DNA of 64,000 nt from Patescibacteria group bacterium. GTDB lineage: Bacteria > Patescibacteriota > Patescibacteriia > JAXHNJ01. The stretch spans positions 36,155 through 100,154 of the forward strand of contig JBAZMP010000003.1 in assembly GCA_041649715.1 (NCBI GenBank), written 5' to 3'. Positions 1-8,866 of this stretch are shown piece after piece (the first letter of the stretch is position 1; every line of letters starts with the position of its first letter). Both the position numbers and the translations under genes were made by a program. The notes below the pieces were generated by a model. The model searched no databases. It was not told the DNA's origin and saw nothing but the letters and a program-made list of their open reading frames with translations.

Positions 1-1192
1 GGGGCAGATCAAGGGCAAGCTCAAGGAATTTCCCGTACAAACCGAGCAAAAAATCCACGGCGGTATTTTCCGTTTCCGGCGCCTTAATCCCGCCGCCCGG
101 CGGACCCTGATTATTGCCCTTGTCTTTCTTTTCCTCTTTTGCGCCAGCATCGTCATCATCGGACAGGTCCGGGAAGGGAACATTTCCGCCCAAGCGAAAG
201 AACAAATGATCAAGGATATTCATGATAAAACTTTTGCGGCCGGCACCGCCCTGACCTATGACGATCTTGGGGGGGCCAAAACGCTCATCGCCGAAGCGCA
301 GGACCTTCTTGGACAGCTGGCCAAAAAAATCGACAAGCAACAGTTCCAAGACCTGCAGAATGAAATTAACGAACAGTATGAAAAAACAAAGCTTGTCGTC
401 AATATCGCCAATCCCGATCTGCTCAAAGACTTAGACGTTTTAGACCCGCCGAATTCCGCCTTGGGAATTTTTTCCTTTGGCAATTTTCTTTATCTTTTTA
501 ACGGCGATGAGATCATCAAAATAGAACGGGAAAGCAAAGACGCGGAAACCCTAAAAACGACCCTTTCCGATATCGGCCTTTTTACCCTCGGCGTCAAGGA
601 AAACACCAACACCCTGCTTTTATACCAGAACAAAAATGGCGTGGTCGCCTACAATACCAACACGAAAAAGTTCTCCCCCTTAAGCATCACCTTTTCAAAC
701 CAGGAAACGAACATCATGGACTTGTCTTTTTATCAGTCCCGCTTTTATTATCTAGATATCAAGAACAACCAGATCTATCGCCACGCCGCGGCCGTCGGCG
801 GCTTCGGAGTAGCGACTCCCTGGATTACGGATTCAAATCTAAATGTCAGCGACGGTGTTTCCCTGGCGGTCGACGGCTCTATCTATCTGCTAAAGAGCAA
901 CGGCCAGGTCCTGGAATTAATTGCCGGCCGGCAGGTGGATTTCTCCTTGGATGAGATCGACCCCAAGCTGACGAAAGGATCAAAGATCTGGACTGATGAA
1001 GGCGCCGCCAATCTTTATATCTTAGACCCGGCCAACAAAAGACTGCTTCAATTCGACAAAAACGGCCAGTTGATAAACCAATACACCAGCGACCAATTCG
1101 CGGATCTGAAAGCCTTTACCGTGAGCGAAAAAGATAAAAAGGCCTATATTTTATCCGGCACAAAAGTATTTCAGATTGATTTGAATATATAG
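1..1192 (+). CDS. Hypothetical membrane-anchored protein, 5'-partial. The reading frame is open from window position 2, so the gene starts upstream of the window.
   Basis: Frame of ORF 206..1192 stays open back to nt 2 (GQIKGKLKEF...). It contains a TM helix (LIIALVFLFLFCASIVIIG) and is followed by a hairpin terminator. Confidence 0.5.
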   Translation, partial: GQIKGKLKEFPVQTEQKIHGGIFRFRRLNPAARRTLIIALVFLFLFCASIVIIGQVREGNISAQAKEQMIKDIHDKTFAAGTALTYDDLGGAKTLIAEAQDLLGQLAKKIDKQQFQDLQNEINEQYEKTKLVVNIANPDLLKDLDVLDPPNSALGIFSFGNFLYLFNGDEIIKIERESKDAETLKTTLSDIGLFTLGVKENTNTLLLYQNKNGVVAYNTNTKKFSPLSITFSNQETNIMDLSFYQSRFYYLDIKNNQIYRHAAAVGGFGVATPWITDSNLNVSDGVSLAVDGSIYLLKSNGQVLELIAGRQVDFSLDEIDPKLTKGSKIWTDEGAANLYILDPANKRLLQFDKNGQLINQYTSDQFADLKAFTVSEKDKKAYILSGTKVFQIDLNI

Positions 1193-1205
1193 ATACTGTC
1201 GAGAA

Positions 1206-1236
1206 GGGCGGATTCCCAAATCCGCCCGCGTTTTTT
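1206..1236 (+). terminator. Intrinsic terminator for the upstream + strand gene: hairpin gggcggatt-ccc-aaatccgccc followed by a T-run.
   Basis: Perfect 9-bp inverted repeat followed by gcgttttttg, 14 nt after the stop at 1192. Confidence 0.55.
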
Positions 1237-1242
1237 GTGGGT

Positions 1243-1272
1243 AAAAAAAGCGGCTCGCCTGACGAGCCGCGC
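1243..1272 (-). terminator. Intrinsic terminator on the minus strand (gcggctcg-cctgac-gagccgc hairpin plus T-run) for gene 1296..1967.
   Basis: 8-bp stem. An A7 run on the plus strand gives a T-run on the minus strand immediately 3' of the hairpin. Same stem sequence as the hairpin at 1973..1999. Confidence 0.45.
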
Positions 1273-1295
1273 AAAAGATCATTTGATATTTGGCT

Positions 1296-1967
1296 TCAAT
1301 CCTGACCTTCATTATCATCCTGGAGAAAACCGACGCCAAAGCCCTCGGTAAGAGAAGCCGGGCCGCGGCCAATCCCTCCGATATCATCCATGGGGATGCT
1401 GTTCCTGGAACCGGCCACGAAACGCTCCGTCGTGATCTCAAGGTTATCCCGCTGTCCGAGAATCAAACAAGATTGCATAATGATCCGGCACAAGACGCAG
1501 TCCAGCAAATGAGCGTTGATCTTCGCCTGAGTATCTTCGGGTAATACCTTCCTCTTCCGGGGCTTGGAAAACTCCTTTAGCTGCCCGAATGGGAAGTGAT
1601 CCGGACGGATCACATCGATCATGGTCACCATATCAGAACTTTGGCGGAATTCTTCCAAACAGTAAGGAAAACGATTTTCCTCCAGATTTTTCGCCAGGAC
1701 TTCAATCGATCGTTGGGCATCACCACTGCTCATAAAGAGCTCAAAGAACTCCTTGTAATCGAATATCCTGATCTTCAAAGCGACCAGGTGCCCCATCAGA
1801 GCGATCGAAGCGGAAGGAAGAATCTTCCATTCCTGAAGCATTTTTGTAAGGAACTCTTCCTGGCTCGGCGCATCATCAACCTTCACGTTTACCCCCTTGG
1901 AATCAGTTTGTGTGTCAAAACTAACTCTTTGTGAAAAAATATTAGCACTAAAATATAATCCTGTCAA
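1296..1967 (-). CDS. Hypothetical protein (no recognisable domain).
   Basis: 223-aa ORF bracketed by two related hairpin terminators. Overlapping plus-strand ORFs are shorter and judged to be shadows. Start codon uncertain. Confidence 0.35.
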   Translation of the reverse strand: MTGLYFSANIFSQRVSFDTQTDSKGVNVKVDDAPSQEEFLTKMLQEWKILPSASIALMGHLVALKIRIFDYKEFFELFMSSGDAQRSIEVLAKNLEENRFPYCLEEFRQSSDMVTMIDVIRPDHFPFGQLKEFSKPRKRKVLPEDTQAKINAHLLDCVLCRIIMQSCLILGQRDNLEITTERFVAGSRNSIPMDDIGGIGRGPASLTEGFGVGFLQDDNEGQD

Positions 1968-1972
1968 GTTTA

Positions 1973-1999
1973 AAAAAAGCGGCTCGCTGGCGAGCCGCT
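1973..1999 (-). terminator. Terminator-like hairpin (gcggctcg-ctgg-cgagccgc) with a T-run on the minus strand. Same stem family as 1243..1272.
   Basis: Identical 8-bp stem to the hairpin at 1250..1270. Preceded on the plus strand by A7. About 100 nt downstream of minus gene 2098..2325. Confidence 0.35.
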
Positions 2000-2097
2000 A
2001 TGTGTATTTGTGTCGTCCTAAAGAGATATTATTTTCCGATTTCTTCTTCCCCTTTTCCAAGACTTCCGGCTCTTTTCCCTTAGTAATGCGTTTTTCT

Positions 2098-2325
2098 TTA
2101 AGGGATGGGCTTGAATTTTTTCTGGATGAAATGACCAGGGGAAGGCGGATCATTCCAATTAAAGAATTTGCCGTCATCAAGCTTATCAGTACAGGCGTAA
2201 GGCAATTCAGTCTCCGGATCATAATGTATACCGGCCCATACGAAAACAGACGCGAATGTATCACCTTTTTTCAATATGACCGAAGAAGATATAGCACCGT
2301 TTATCACTGTAACAGTTACTGGCAT
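2098..2325 (-). CDS. Small hypothetical protein (75 aa).
   Basis: ATG preceded by GGAGGTG at 6-nt spacing on the minus strand. Confidence 0.4.
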   Translation of the reverse strand: MPVTVTVINGAISSSVILKKGDTFASVFVWAGIHYDPETELPYACTDKLDDGKFFNWNDPPSPGHFIQKKFKPIP

Positions 2326-2484
2326 CTCGCACCTCCAATTGTGTTAGCGCAAATTTGACAACGAGCAATTCCTCCACAAACACTTTAACAGAAAGCTGTG
2401 GTAAGTCAAGCAGAGGAAAAATCCGCGCAGGCGCAGAGGCCTGCGCTGTTTTATGGATTTACCGTCATGTTTATATAAAAAAAA

Positions 2485-2538
2485 CAACGCGGGTGTCTCC
2501 GTTCGGCCCGAGCTCACGGCCGAGGGCTGCCCGCGTTG
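2485..2538 (-). repeat. 54-nt GC-rich palindromic element (copy A). It acts as the rplL 3' terminator structure and is repeated in inverted orientation at 25682..25735.
   Basis: caacgcgggtgtctccgttcggcccgagctcacggccgagggctgcccgcgttg, 17 nt after the rplL stop. Nested inverted repeats followed by T-rich sequence on the minus strand. Confidence 0.5.
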
Positions 2539-2554
2539 TTATTGTAAAACGTTG

Positions 2555-2959
2555 TTATTTAAGCGTCACTTTGGCGCCGGCGGTTTCCAGCTTCTTTTTT
2601 ATTTCCGCCGCTTCTTCTTTGGAGGCGCCTTCCTTGACCACCTGTGGGGCCTTATCCACCAGATCCTTGGCTTCCTTCAAGCCTTTCTGGGTGATCTCGC
2701 GGATCACTTTGATGACCGCGATCTTATTGGCGCCACCTTCCGTGATTTCCACGTTAAAGGTGGACTGCTCTTCCGCGGCCGGTCCAGCCGCCGCGCCTGC
2801 GGAGGCCATCATCATCGGGGCCTGGGCCGAAACGCCGAATTTCTCTTCCAGCACTTTCACCAGTTCCGCCAAATCCAGGACCGAGAGTTTTTCAATTTTC
2901 TCGATCATGTCCTTAAATTTTTCCGGAACGGCCACTGTTTTCTTTTCTTCATCTGCCAT
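2555..2959 (-). CDS. rplL: 50S ribosomal protein L7/L12.
   Basis: Characteristic Ala/Glu-rich hinge ([16 protein letters not shown]) and a conserved C-terminal domain ([35 protein letters not shown]). Confidence 0.95.
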   Translation of the reverse strand: MADEEKKTVAVPEKFKDMIEKIEKLSVLDLAELVKVLEEKFGVSAQAPMMMASAGAAAGPAAEEQSTFNVEITEGGANKIAVIKVIREITQKGLKEAKDLVDKAPQVVKEGASKEEAAEIKKKLETAGAKVTLK

Positions 2960-2986
2960 ATGTTTTTCCTTATTTAATTATATTAT

Positions 2987-3508
2987 TTAATGACTTTTTT
3001 CCTGGATCGCCTTGAGGACATAAACCAGCTTGTTCAAATTTCCTTTTAAAGTATTCACTAAACCGGTCACCGGGCTCTTGATGACGTAAACCAGCTTGTA
3101 CAGTAATTCTTCTTTACTCGGCAGCTTCGCCATCGCCAAGACCTGCTCTTTCCCAATAAGCTTGTTTTCAAAAATACCGCCGACCAACTTAAGATTTTCG
3201 TGGATTTTGGCGAATTCATAACACAATTTAGCCGGCATGACCTCGTCTTCCAGGCCGAACGCCAAAGCAAAGCCGCTCGTCAGTTCATCTAAATTTATGT
3301 CCATCTTTTTTTCCTTGAGGGCTTTTTTCAAAAGGGTTTTTTTGGCGACGAAATATTCCACCTTATTCTCCCGCAATGTTTTTCTCAATAGATTTATTTC
3401 ATTGACCTTGAGCTTCTCATAATTAACGAAAACCAGGGCTTTCATCGCCTCTAAGTCTTTGGCTAATTTCTTTATTTCCAGTTCTTTTTCCTGGCGTGTT
3501 TTTGGCAT
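2987..3508 (-). CDS. rplJ: 50S ribosomal protein L10.
   Basis: MPKTRQEKELEIKKL... is a typical L10 N-terminus, located immediately upstream of rplL. The track ORF starts at TTG 3532, but ATG 3508 is preferred. Confidence 0.9.
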   Translation of the reverse strand: MPKTRQEKELEIKKLAKDLEAMKALVFVNYEKLKVNEINLLRKTLRENKVEYFVAKKTLLKKALKEKKMDINLDELTSGFALAFGLEDEVMPAKLCYEFAKIHENLKLVGGIFENKLIGKEQVLAMAKLPSKEELLYKLVYVIKSPVTGLVNTLKGNLNKLVYVLKAIQEKSH

Positions 3509-3700
3509 AAAAAAGAGGTCTTGACACCGCAAGACCTAGACAAGCATGGAAGTTTAACTTCACGCTTCTGCCTCGGTAGGAGATTAAGCCCCATTGGGGC
3601 GCCTACGGTCTGCGGCCTAAATAATTTGTTAACTTATCCACATTATAACAGAGCTAAAAATAATGTCAAATATCCAAAAAAGAAAGGGCGGTAAAAAACC
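3509..3700 (-). promoter_or_regulatory. Putative rplJ (L10) leader region with a terminator/attenuator-like hairpin (aggtcttg-cggtgt-caagacct followed by T6) directly abutting the start codon.
   Basis: An 8-bp stem plus cttttttATG on the minus strand at 3509..3539, with further GC-rich hairpins at 3545..3620. L10 leaders acting by attenuation are established in Firmicutes. No SD is visible. Confidence 0.35.
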
Positions 3701-3727
3701 GCCCCGTAAACGCTATTCCCTGCCCCC

Positions 3728-4105
3728 TTAAGGGTAAAGAATCAGATACCAATCGCTTTGACCTCGACCAGTGTGGCGGAAACCGATGGGAACCAGGGCC
3801 CTCTTAATGAGAGTCCATTGCCAGTCGCTGGCGCCTCCCGGACTGACGGTTATTTCCGCGCCGCCTTTTCGGATCCGCTCATCATTCAGGCTTGGAATCC
3901 CAGGCTTAAAAGAGTAATTACCTTCCCAGGGCCGACAGTTCAAGGAGATATAACCCCCCTCATCCAAATCATGGAGAACCGGACCAACAACCAAAAGAGC
4001 TTGAATTGATACCCTGCCCTCAACATCCTTATCAATACTTGTCGGCAAACGGGACAATATACCGCGAAGCTGGCTTATCCTCTGACTATTCCGGCTTGGT
4101 TTCAT
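3728..4105 (-). CDS. Hypothetical protein (125 aa), GC-rich.
   Basis: ATG with AGGAGG at 8-nt spacing. It sits where rplA/rplK would normally be. No domain recognised. Confidence 0.4.
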   Translation of the reverse strand: MKPSRNSQRISQLRGILSRLPTSIDKDVEGRVSIQALLVVGPVLHDLDEGGYISLNCRPWEGNYSFKPGIPSLNDERIRKGGAEITVSPGGASDWQWTLIKRALVPIGFRHTGRGQSDWYLILYP

Positions 4106-4193
4106 GAAAACTACCTCCTGACAAAGCTTCCCCGTTATTCAAGCCAACTGTATATCAGTATTTTAGACTTACAACGAAAATAGTCAAATATTA

Positions 4194-4880
4194 TCAATCT
4201 ATAATCGTCCCTTTAAAGCCTTTTCCCTGCAAATAAGCCTTCAAATTAGGCAAATTCGTTCCTTTAATTATGATGACCCGCAAACCAATTTTCTTTGCCA
4301 GTTTCGAGGCCTCCGGATCAAAAGGCGAAGACATCCTCGGCTGCCATTTGGTGCCGATGATTTTCAGATAATCGGCCCACCTTACCTGCTTTAAGGGTTT
4401 GGCGTCCTTGAATTTCCGGGGATCTTTATCATAAACATAATCCTTGTCAAAAAGGTTGATCGCTTCATTCGCCCCAAATTGCTTGGCCAATAGCACCATG
4501 TCCTTGTCTGAAGAACAGCCGGGCTGCCAACCCGAACCAATGATGATCTTTTTATTTGTTTTTACCTTTTCGCAAGGGTTGTAAACGATTTTATCGTACG
4601 CGTAATCGGCAAACATCACTCTCACTAATTCCGCATTCATCTTGGTCGCCGCAATACCAAGCCAGTCGAGATCAATCGGTTTCACTTTACCAAAGGCTTG
4701 GGCTGCCTTATTGTATTCCCTGTTCACCCGGCCGCCGCCGCAAACGATGACAAACCGATGGCCCATTTTGACGAAAGAAAGAATCAGATCGCGGAATTTC
4801 TTTAAGAATTTGACGTTAATCTCGTCGGGTATGATAATCGAACCGCCCAAAGAAATAATAAATGTCTTCATTTTTTTCAA
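4194..4880 (-). CDS. pyrH: UMP kinase (amino-acid kinase family, short archaeal-like form).
   Basis: ISLGGSII, VCGGG and GSGWQPGCSSD motifs of the PyrH/amino-acid kinase fold. Length is 228 aa. Confidence 0.75.
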   Translation of the reverse strand: MKKMKTFIISLGGSIIIPDEINVKFLKKFRDLILSFVKMGHRFVIVCGGGRVNREYNKAAQAFGKVKPIDLDWLGIAATKMNAELVRVMFADYAYDKIVYNPCEKVKTNKKIIIGSGWQPGCSSDKDMVLLAKQFGANEAINLFDKDYVYDKDPRKFKDAKPLKQVRWADYLKIIGTKWQPRMSSPFDPEASKLAKKIGLRVIIIKGTNLPNLKAYLQGKGFKGTIID

Positions 4881-4940
4881 AGTTTAATATATTTAAGGGA
4901 TAATGTATAATTATAGGACAAATCTTAAAATCAATCAATC

Positions 4941-6413
4941 ATGAATATCCTTCCCTTAAGTTTCATTTTCCTCGGCGCCGGCCTTTTTTCCGTCGTCTAT
5001 TACAAATTAACGCCGGATAAAGAGATGCTCAAGGCCCGCCTGCCCAATAAGGTGGGGGCGGCCGGGATCATCCTTTGGCTGATAATCTGCGTGGCTTTTT
5101 ATTTTATCTTTAAGAACAGCCGCGGCTTTGAACGCACGGTCAGTATTTTTACCCTGCTCTTTGCCCTTCTTGTTTTTGAAACCTTTTTCCTGCTTTTGAT
5201 CCGCTGGTTTAAATCAAACCTTCTGGCCGTCTTAATCGCCCTGCTGGCCAGCGGGGTCTTATTCGCTTTTCATAATTATTATCCGACTTTCACTCTGCGC
5301 AACACCCTGATAATCCTGGGCACCCTGGGGGCCACTACCCTCTTGATAAAACTGAATTATCTGAAAACTTGGATTGTTTTCGGACTGGCTTTTCTCTGGA
5401 CCGGCTATGATATCTATACCACCCGCTATTTTTTGCCGAATGTCCTGGTCCCGGTCACCGAACCGCCAAAGACTTTCTTTTTCCCCTCCGTGATCACCGG
5501 CTCCGTCTCTTTGGGCAGCGGGGATTTCATTTTTCTGGTCCTTTTCACCCTTATTATTCTGAAAAAATTCGGAAAATTAGCCGCCTTAATCCTCGTTGCC
5601 GCCCAAACCGCGGGCTTGCTTTTTACCGGGTTATTTCTGGAAAGTGACTCCATCATCCCCTTCCTGGCGGTCATGACACCGATATTCCTGATTATATATT
5701 TAATTTTATTTATTAATTTAAAACCGAAAGAAAAAAATATGCTTAAGATCGGACACCGAGGGGCTTGCGGCTATGAACCTGAAAATACTCTTGCTTCTTT
5801 TGAGAAAGCCCTGGCTTTAAAAGTAGATATGGTAGAGTTTGATGTTTATGTCTGTAAAACCGGCGAAATTGTTATCATTCATGATGATACTTTAGAACGC
5901 ACAACCAATGGCCAGGGGTTGGTTTGGGAAAAAACATTTGGAGAATTGAGGGCCCTCGATGCCGGCCAAGGCGAAAAAATTCCCACTTTGCCGGAAATTC
6001 TGGATTTAATTGATAAAAAAGTAGCGGTAAATATTGAGTTAAAGGGGCCGGGTACCGCCAAACCGGTTGCCGACGTAATAAGAGAATATCTGACTAAGGG
6101 ATGGAAAAATGATCATTTTATCGTTTCCTCCTTTAATCTTGGAGAGTTAGATTCATTTTATCAACTTTTTCCGGATATAAAAATCGCCGCTTTGATAGAA
6201 AATGAACCAAAAGACTTAAAAAATTTTATCAAAGACAAAGGCTATTCCGCGATCAACCCCGGCTTAAAATTTGTCACCCGAGAATTTGTTAATCAGGTTC
6301 ACAAACTCGGTTTAAAAGTCTACGTCTGGACGGTTAATGAAAAAGAAGACCTTGAAAGAATGAAAAAATGGGGCGTTGACGGCGTCTTCTCTAATTATCC
6401 GGATAGAGTGTGA
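4941..6413 (+). CDS. Membrane protein with a C-terminal glycerophosphodiester phosphodiesterase (GDPD) domain.
   Basis: About 250 aa with multiple TM helices, then HRGACGYEPENTLASFEKA...EFDVYVCKTGEIVIIHDDTLERTTNG, the GDPD catalytic signature. Confidence 0.8.
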   Translation: MNILPLSFIFLGAGLFSVVYYKLTPDKEMLKARLPNKVGAAGIILWLIICVAFYFIFKNSRGFERTVSIFTLLFALLVFETFFLLLIRWFKSNLLAVLIALLASGVLFAFHNYYPTFTLRNTLIILGTLGATTLLIKLNYLKTWIVFGLAFLWTGYDIYTTRYFLPNVLVPVTEPPKTFFFPSVITGSVSLGSGDFIFLVLFTLIILKKFGKLAALILVAAQTAGLLFTGLFLESDSIIPFLAVMTPIFLIIYLILFINLKPKEKNMLKIGHRGACGYEPENTLASFEKALALKVDMVEFDVYVCKTGEIVIIHDDTLERTTNGQGLVWEKTFGELRALDAGQGEKIPTLPEILDLIDKKVAVNIELKGPGTAKPVADVIREYLTKGWKNDHFIVSSFNLGELDSFYQLFPDIKIAALIENEPKDLKNFIKDKGYSAINPGLKFVTREFVNQVHKLGLKVYVWTVNEKEDLERMKKWGVDGVFSNYPDRV

Positions 6414-6425
6414 TCTGTTATCATT

Positions 6426-7916
6426 TTGAGGAACAATCAGATGAAAGATTGGCTTAAGAAAAATAAATGGACAATTATTATTTTTATGGCCATTATTTTG
6501 ACGGCTGCTTTTTTACGTTTCTACCGACAGGCAGACTACATGACTTTTTTAGGAGATGAGGGCCGGGACGCCATGGCCGTAAAAAAAATATTAGTGGATC
6601 ATGAATTCCCCCTGATTGGCCCTCCCACTTCCTTTGGCAATATTCATCTTGGCCCTCTTTACTATTATATGATGGCGGCGGTCATGGCTATTTTGGGGCT
6701 TAACCCGGTGGTGGCCGCCGGAATGGTGGCCTTCCTGGGCGTAGCCACCGTCGCTATGATCTTTTATTTAGCCCGTAAGTGGTTTGGCCTTTACGGAGCA
6801 ATAATCGCTTCTTTTTTGTACGCCATTTCACCCATGACCATTATTCTTTCCCGTTCTTCTTGGAATCCGAACCCGGTGCCATTTTTTTCCCTATTAGCTT
6901 TTATTGGCCTGGTAAAAGCCCGGGAAAGCCATAATTATCTCTGGTTGATACTAACCGGTGCGGCCCTCGCTTTTGCCCTGCAAATGCACTATCTGACCCT
7001 TATTCTATTGCCACTTTTTGGTATTCTTTGGTTAATTGAATTGACCAGTCCTACTATTGATAAGAAATATTTTCGGGCAGGTACTATTGTCGCAATAATT
7101 GTATTTCTGCTATTAATGTCACCGCTGATAATTTATGACATGGAATATGATCAAGCTAATCTGCGCGCCTTCTTGGAAATGTTTACCGGTAGCCAAGTGA
7201 TAGGTTTAAATTTTCAAGCCGCGGCCTTGAATATTCCCACTATCTATTTTTTTAATTTAATCAATTTTTATATGGCGGGGGGAAATTTATGGCTGGCGGC
7301 TCTACCAGCTCTAATCATCCTGTTTTTTTCCTATAAAGGATTGAAGGATAAAAAAGACAAAAATTTTTGGGTATTTAAATCGTTAGGCATGTGGCTGGTG
7401 ATTGGTCTAATCGGTTTATCCTTGATCCGTCAAAGGATGAATGACCAATATCTGGAATTTCTAAATTTTGTCCCGTATTTGCTGCTGGGCGGGGTGATAA
7501 ATCTTGTGGCCAGAAGATACCGGCTTGCTATACTGATAATGTTGACTCTGTTTTTGGGATTTATTAATTTACAAAAAAATCCCCTTTTGTACCCGGCCAA
7601 CAAACAGTTGGCCAGAACCCAAGAAATTACTAAATTTATTATTGAACAATCAAATGATCAACCTTTTAATTTTGCCCTAATCCCCTACGGCGGAAATTAT
7701 GATATGGCCTATCAATTTTACTTGTGGAAATTTAGGGCAAACGTACAATCCGTTCTTTCGAATAAAACCAGCCAATTATTTGTCGTCTGTGAATATACCA
7801 TTTGCGAACCAACTACCAGTTCTATATCTGAAATATCAGCTTTTGGCGCAAGTAAAATTGTGGCGGAAAATAATATCAATGGTATAAGAATTTTTAGGCT
7901 AGGTCATGCTAACTAA
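6426..7916 (+). CDS. GT39/GT83-type (ArnT/PMT-like) membrane glycosyltransferase.
   Basis: Polytopic membrane protein with FLGDEGRDAMAVKKIL near the N-terminus, typical of dolichyl/undecaprenyl-phosphate sugar transferases. Confidence 0.7.
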   Translation: MRNNQMKDWLKKNKWTIIIFMAIILTAAFLRFYRQADYMTFLGDEGRDAMAVKKILVDHEFPLIGPPTSFGNIHLGPLYYYMMAAVMAILGLNPVVAAGMVAFLGVATVAMIFYLARKWFGLYGAIIASFLYAISPMTIILSRSSWNPNPVPFFSLLAFIGLVKARESHNYLWLILTGAALAFALQMHYLTLILLPLFGILWLIELTSPTIDKKYFRAGTIVAIIVFLLLMSPLIIYDMEYDQANLRAFLEMFTGSQVIGLNFQAAALNIPTIYFFNLINFYMAGGNLWLAALPALIILFFSYKGLKDKKDKNFWVFKSLGMWLVIGLIGLSLIRQRMNDQYLEFLNFVPYLLLGGVINLVARRYRLAILIMLTLFLGFINLQKNPLLYPANKQLARTQEITKFIIEQSNDQPFNFALIPYGGNYDMAYQFYLWKFRANVQSVLSNKTSQLFVVCEYTICEPTTSSISEISAFGASKIVAENNINGIRIFRLGHAN

Positions 7917-7991
7917 TCAAATAAATCGAAGGATAAAAAAGGGGCGCTTCGTAGGAAGCGCCTTGCTTTGTGTTGAAGGAACGTGACCGGA

Positions 7992-8698
7992 TTACCGGTA
8001 CAGGCTCTTGATCGCACCCCAGGTGCTTTCATCCACGGCGGTAGGCTGGCAAAAAATCTTGGCCACGATGCAACAGGCATCGAATAGCTCGCCGGAGGCA
8101 GCGCCGCATAAGAACGGCGGGTAATCAGCCAGCATCACAGTCGGATAACCAGTCTGCCATACCAGCAAAGCGTTGGAAATAGCATACTGAATCTGGCAAT
8201 GGGTACAATTGTCAAAAGTACCCATGAGGAGGATATTGCTGGTGACGCCGACGGGCGAACCGGCGACATAAGTCACGCGCGCCGCTACGTTAAAGTAGGT
8301 AACCAGGCCGGTGTAGTCGGTTGCACCGCTCCCCCATGATCCGGTACCGGAAAGCCAGAATTGACCGCCGGTGTAGTTGGTGGCGTAATCGATCCAGCCG
8401 TTACCGTAAACGTCAAAGTAACGAGCAGTTTCCACCGCTCCTTCGCTGGCCATGCCCCAAACCTTCCATTGTCCTCCGAGGACTGCGCCATCCCACGACT
8501 GGGCGTTTTCCGTATTGCCCGGCTGACCCGGTCCTAAACCTGCGCACCAGGCTTCCGAAGCCCGGCCGCCGATCATCGTACCGTTGTTTGTGGTGTATAC
8601 CCCATCCTTGGGCGCGTTGTAGCAGACCTGGCCGAAAGCCGGCGCGGCGAAAGCGAGAATCAGCAGACTGACAAGAATCAAATTCAATTTCTTCACGG
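7992..8698 (-). CDS. Secreted Gly/Trp/Tyr/Cys-rich hypothetical protein.
   Basis: Likely GTG start (VKKLNLILVSLLILAFAAPAFGQ signal peptide) preceded by GGAGG at 7-nt spacing. The track ORF extends to 8921 through a TTG. Coding GC is markedly higher than in neighbouring genes. Confidence 0.55.
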
Positions 8699-8866
8699 AA
8701 AAACCTCCGAGCGAAAAGCTTGTCGACCTAATGGCGAATTTAATAAAAGAGCGTTTTTTTACCCGTCCTCCTTCCTGTCTCATGTTATTCTTTTTACAAT
8801 CAAAAATTTCGGCGAGTAAATACAAAATAAACCAAAAATTGGTTTTTGTCAAGGGTAAAGTATTAA

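Noticed and set aside
2355-2990. ORFs 2355..2990(+) and 2453..2977(+), 211 and 174 aa
   Set aside because: Antisense to the unmistakable rplL gene. Low-complexity translations. Shadow ORFs.
3700-4140. Possible RNase P RNA or tmRNA in the GC-rich region upstream of rplJ (agtccgggagg resembles the P4 helix)
   Set aside because: No matching 3' P4 strand (acagaacccggctta-like) and no tmRNA tag or T-arm motifs. The region has a well-formed ORF with AGGAGG-8nt-ATG, so it is called protein-coding.
8321-8671. Arg-rich ORF 8321..8671(+) 116 aa
   Set aside because: Antisense shadow of the GC-rich secreted protein gene.
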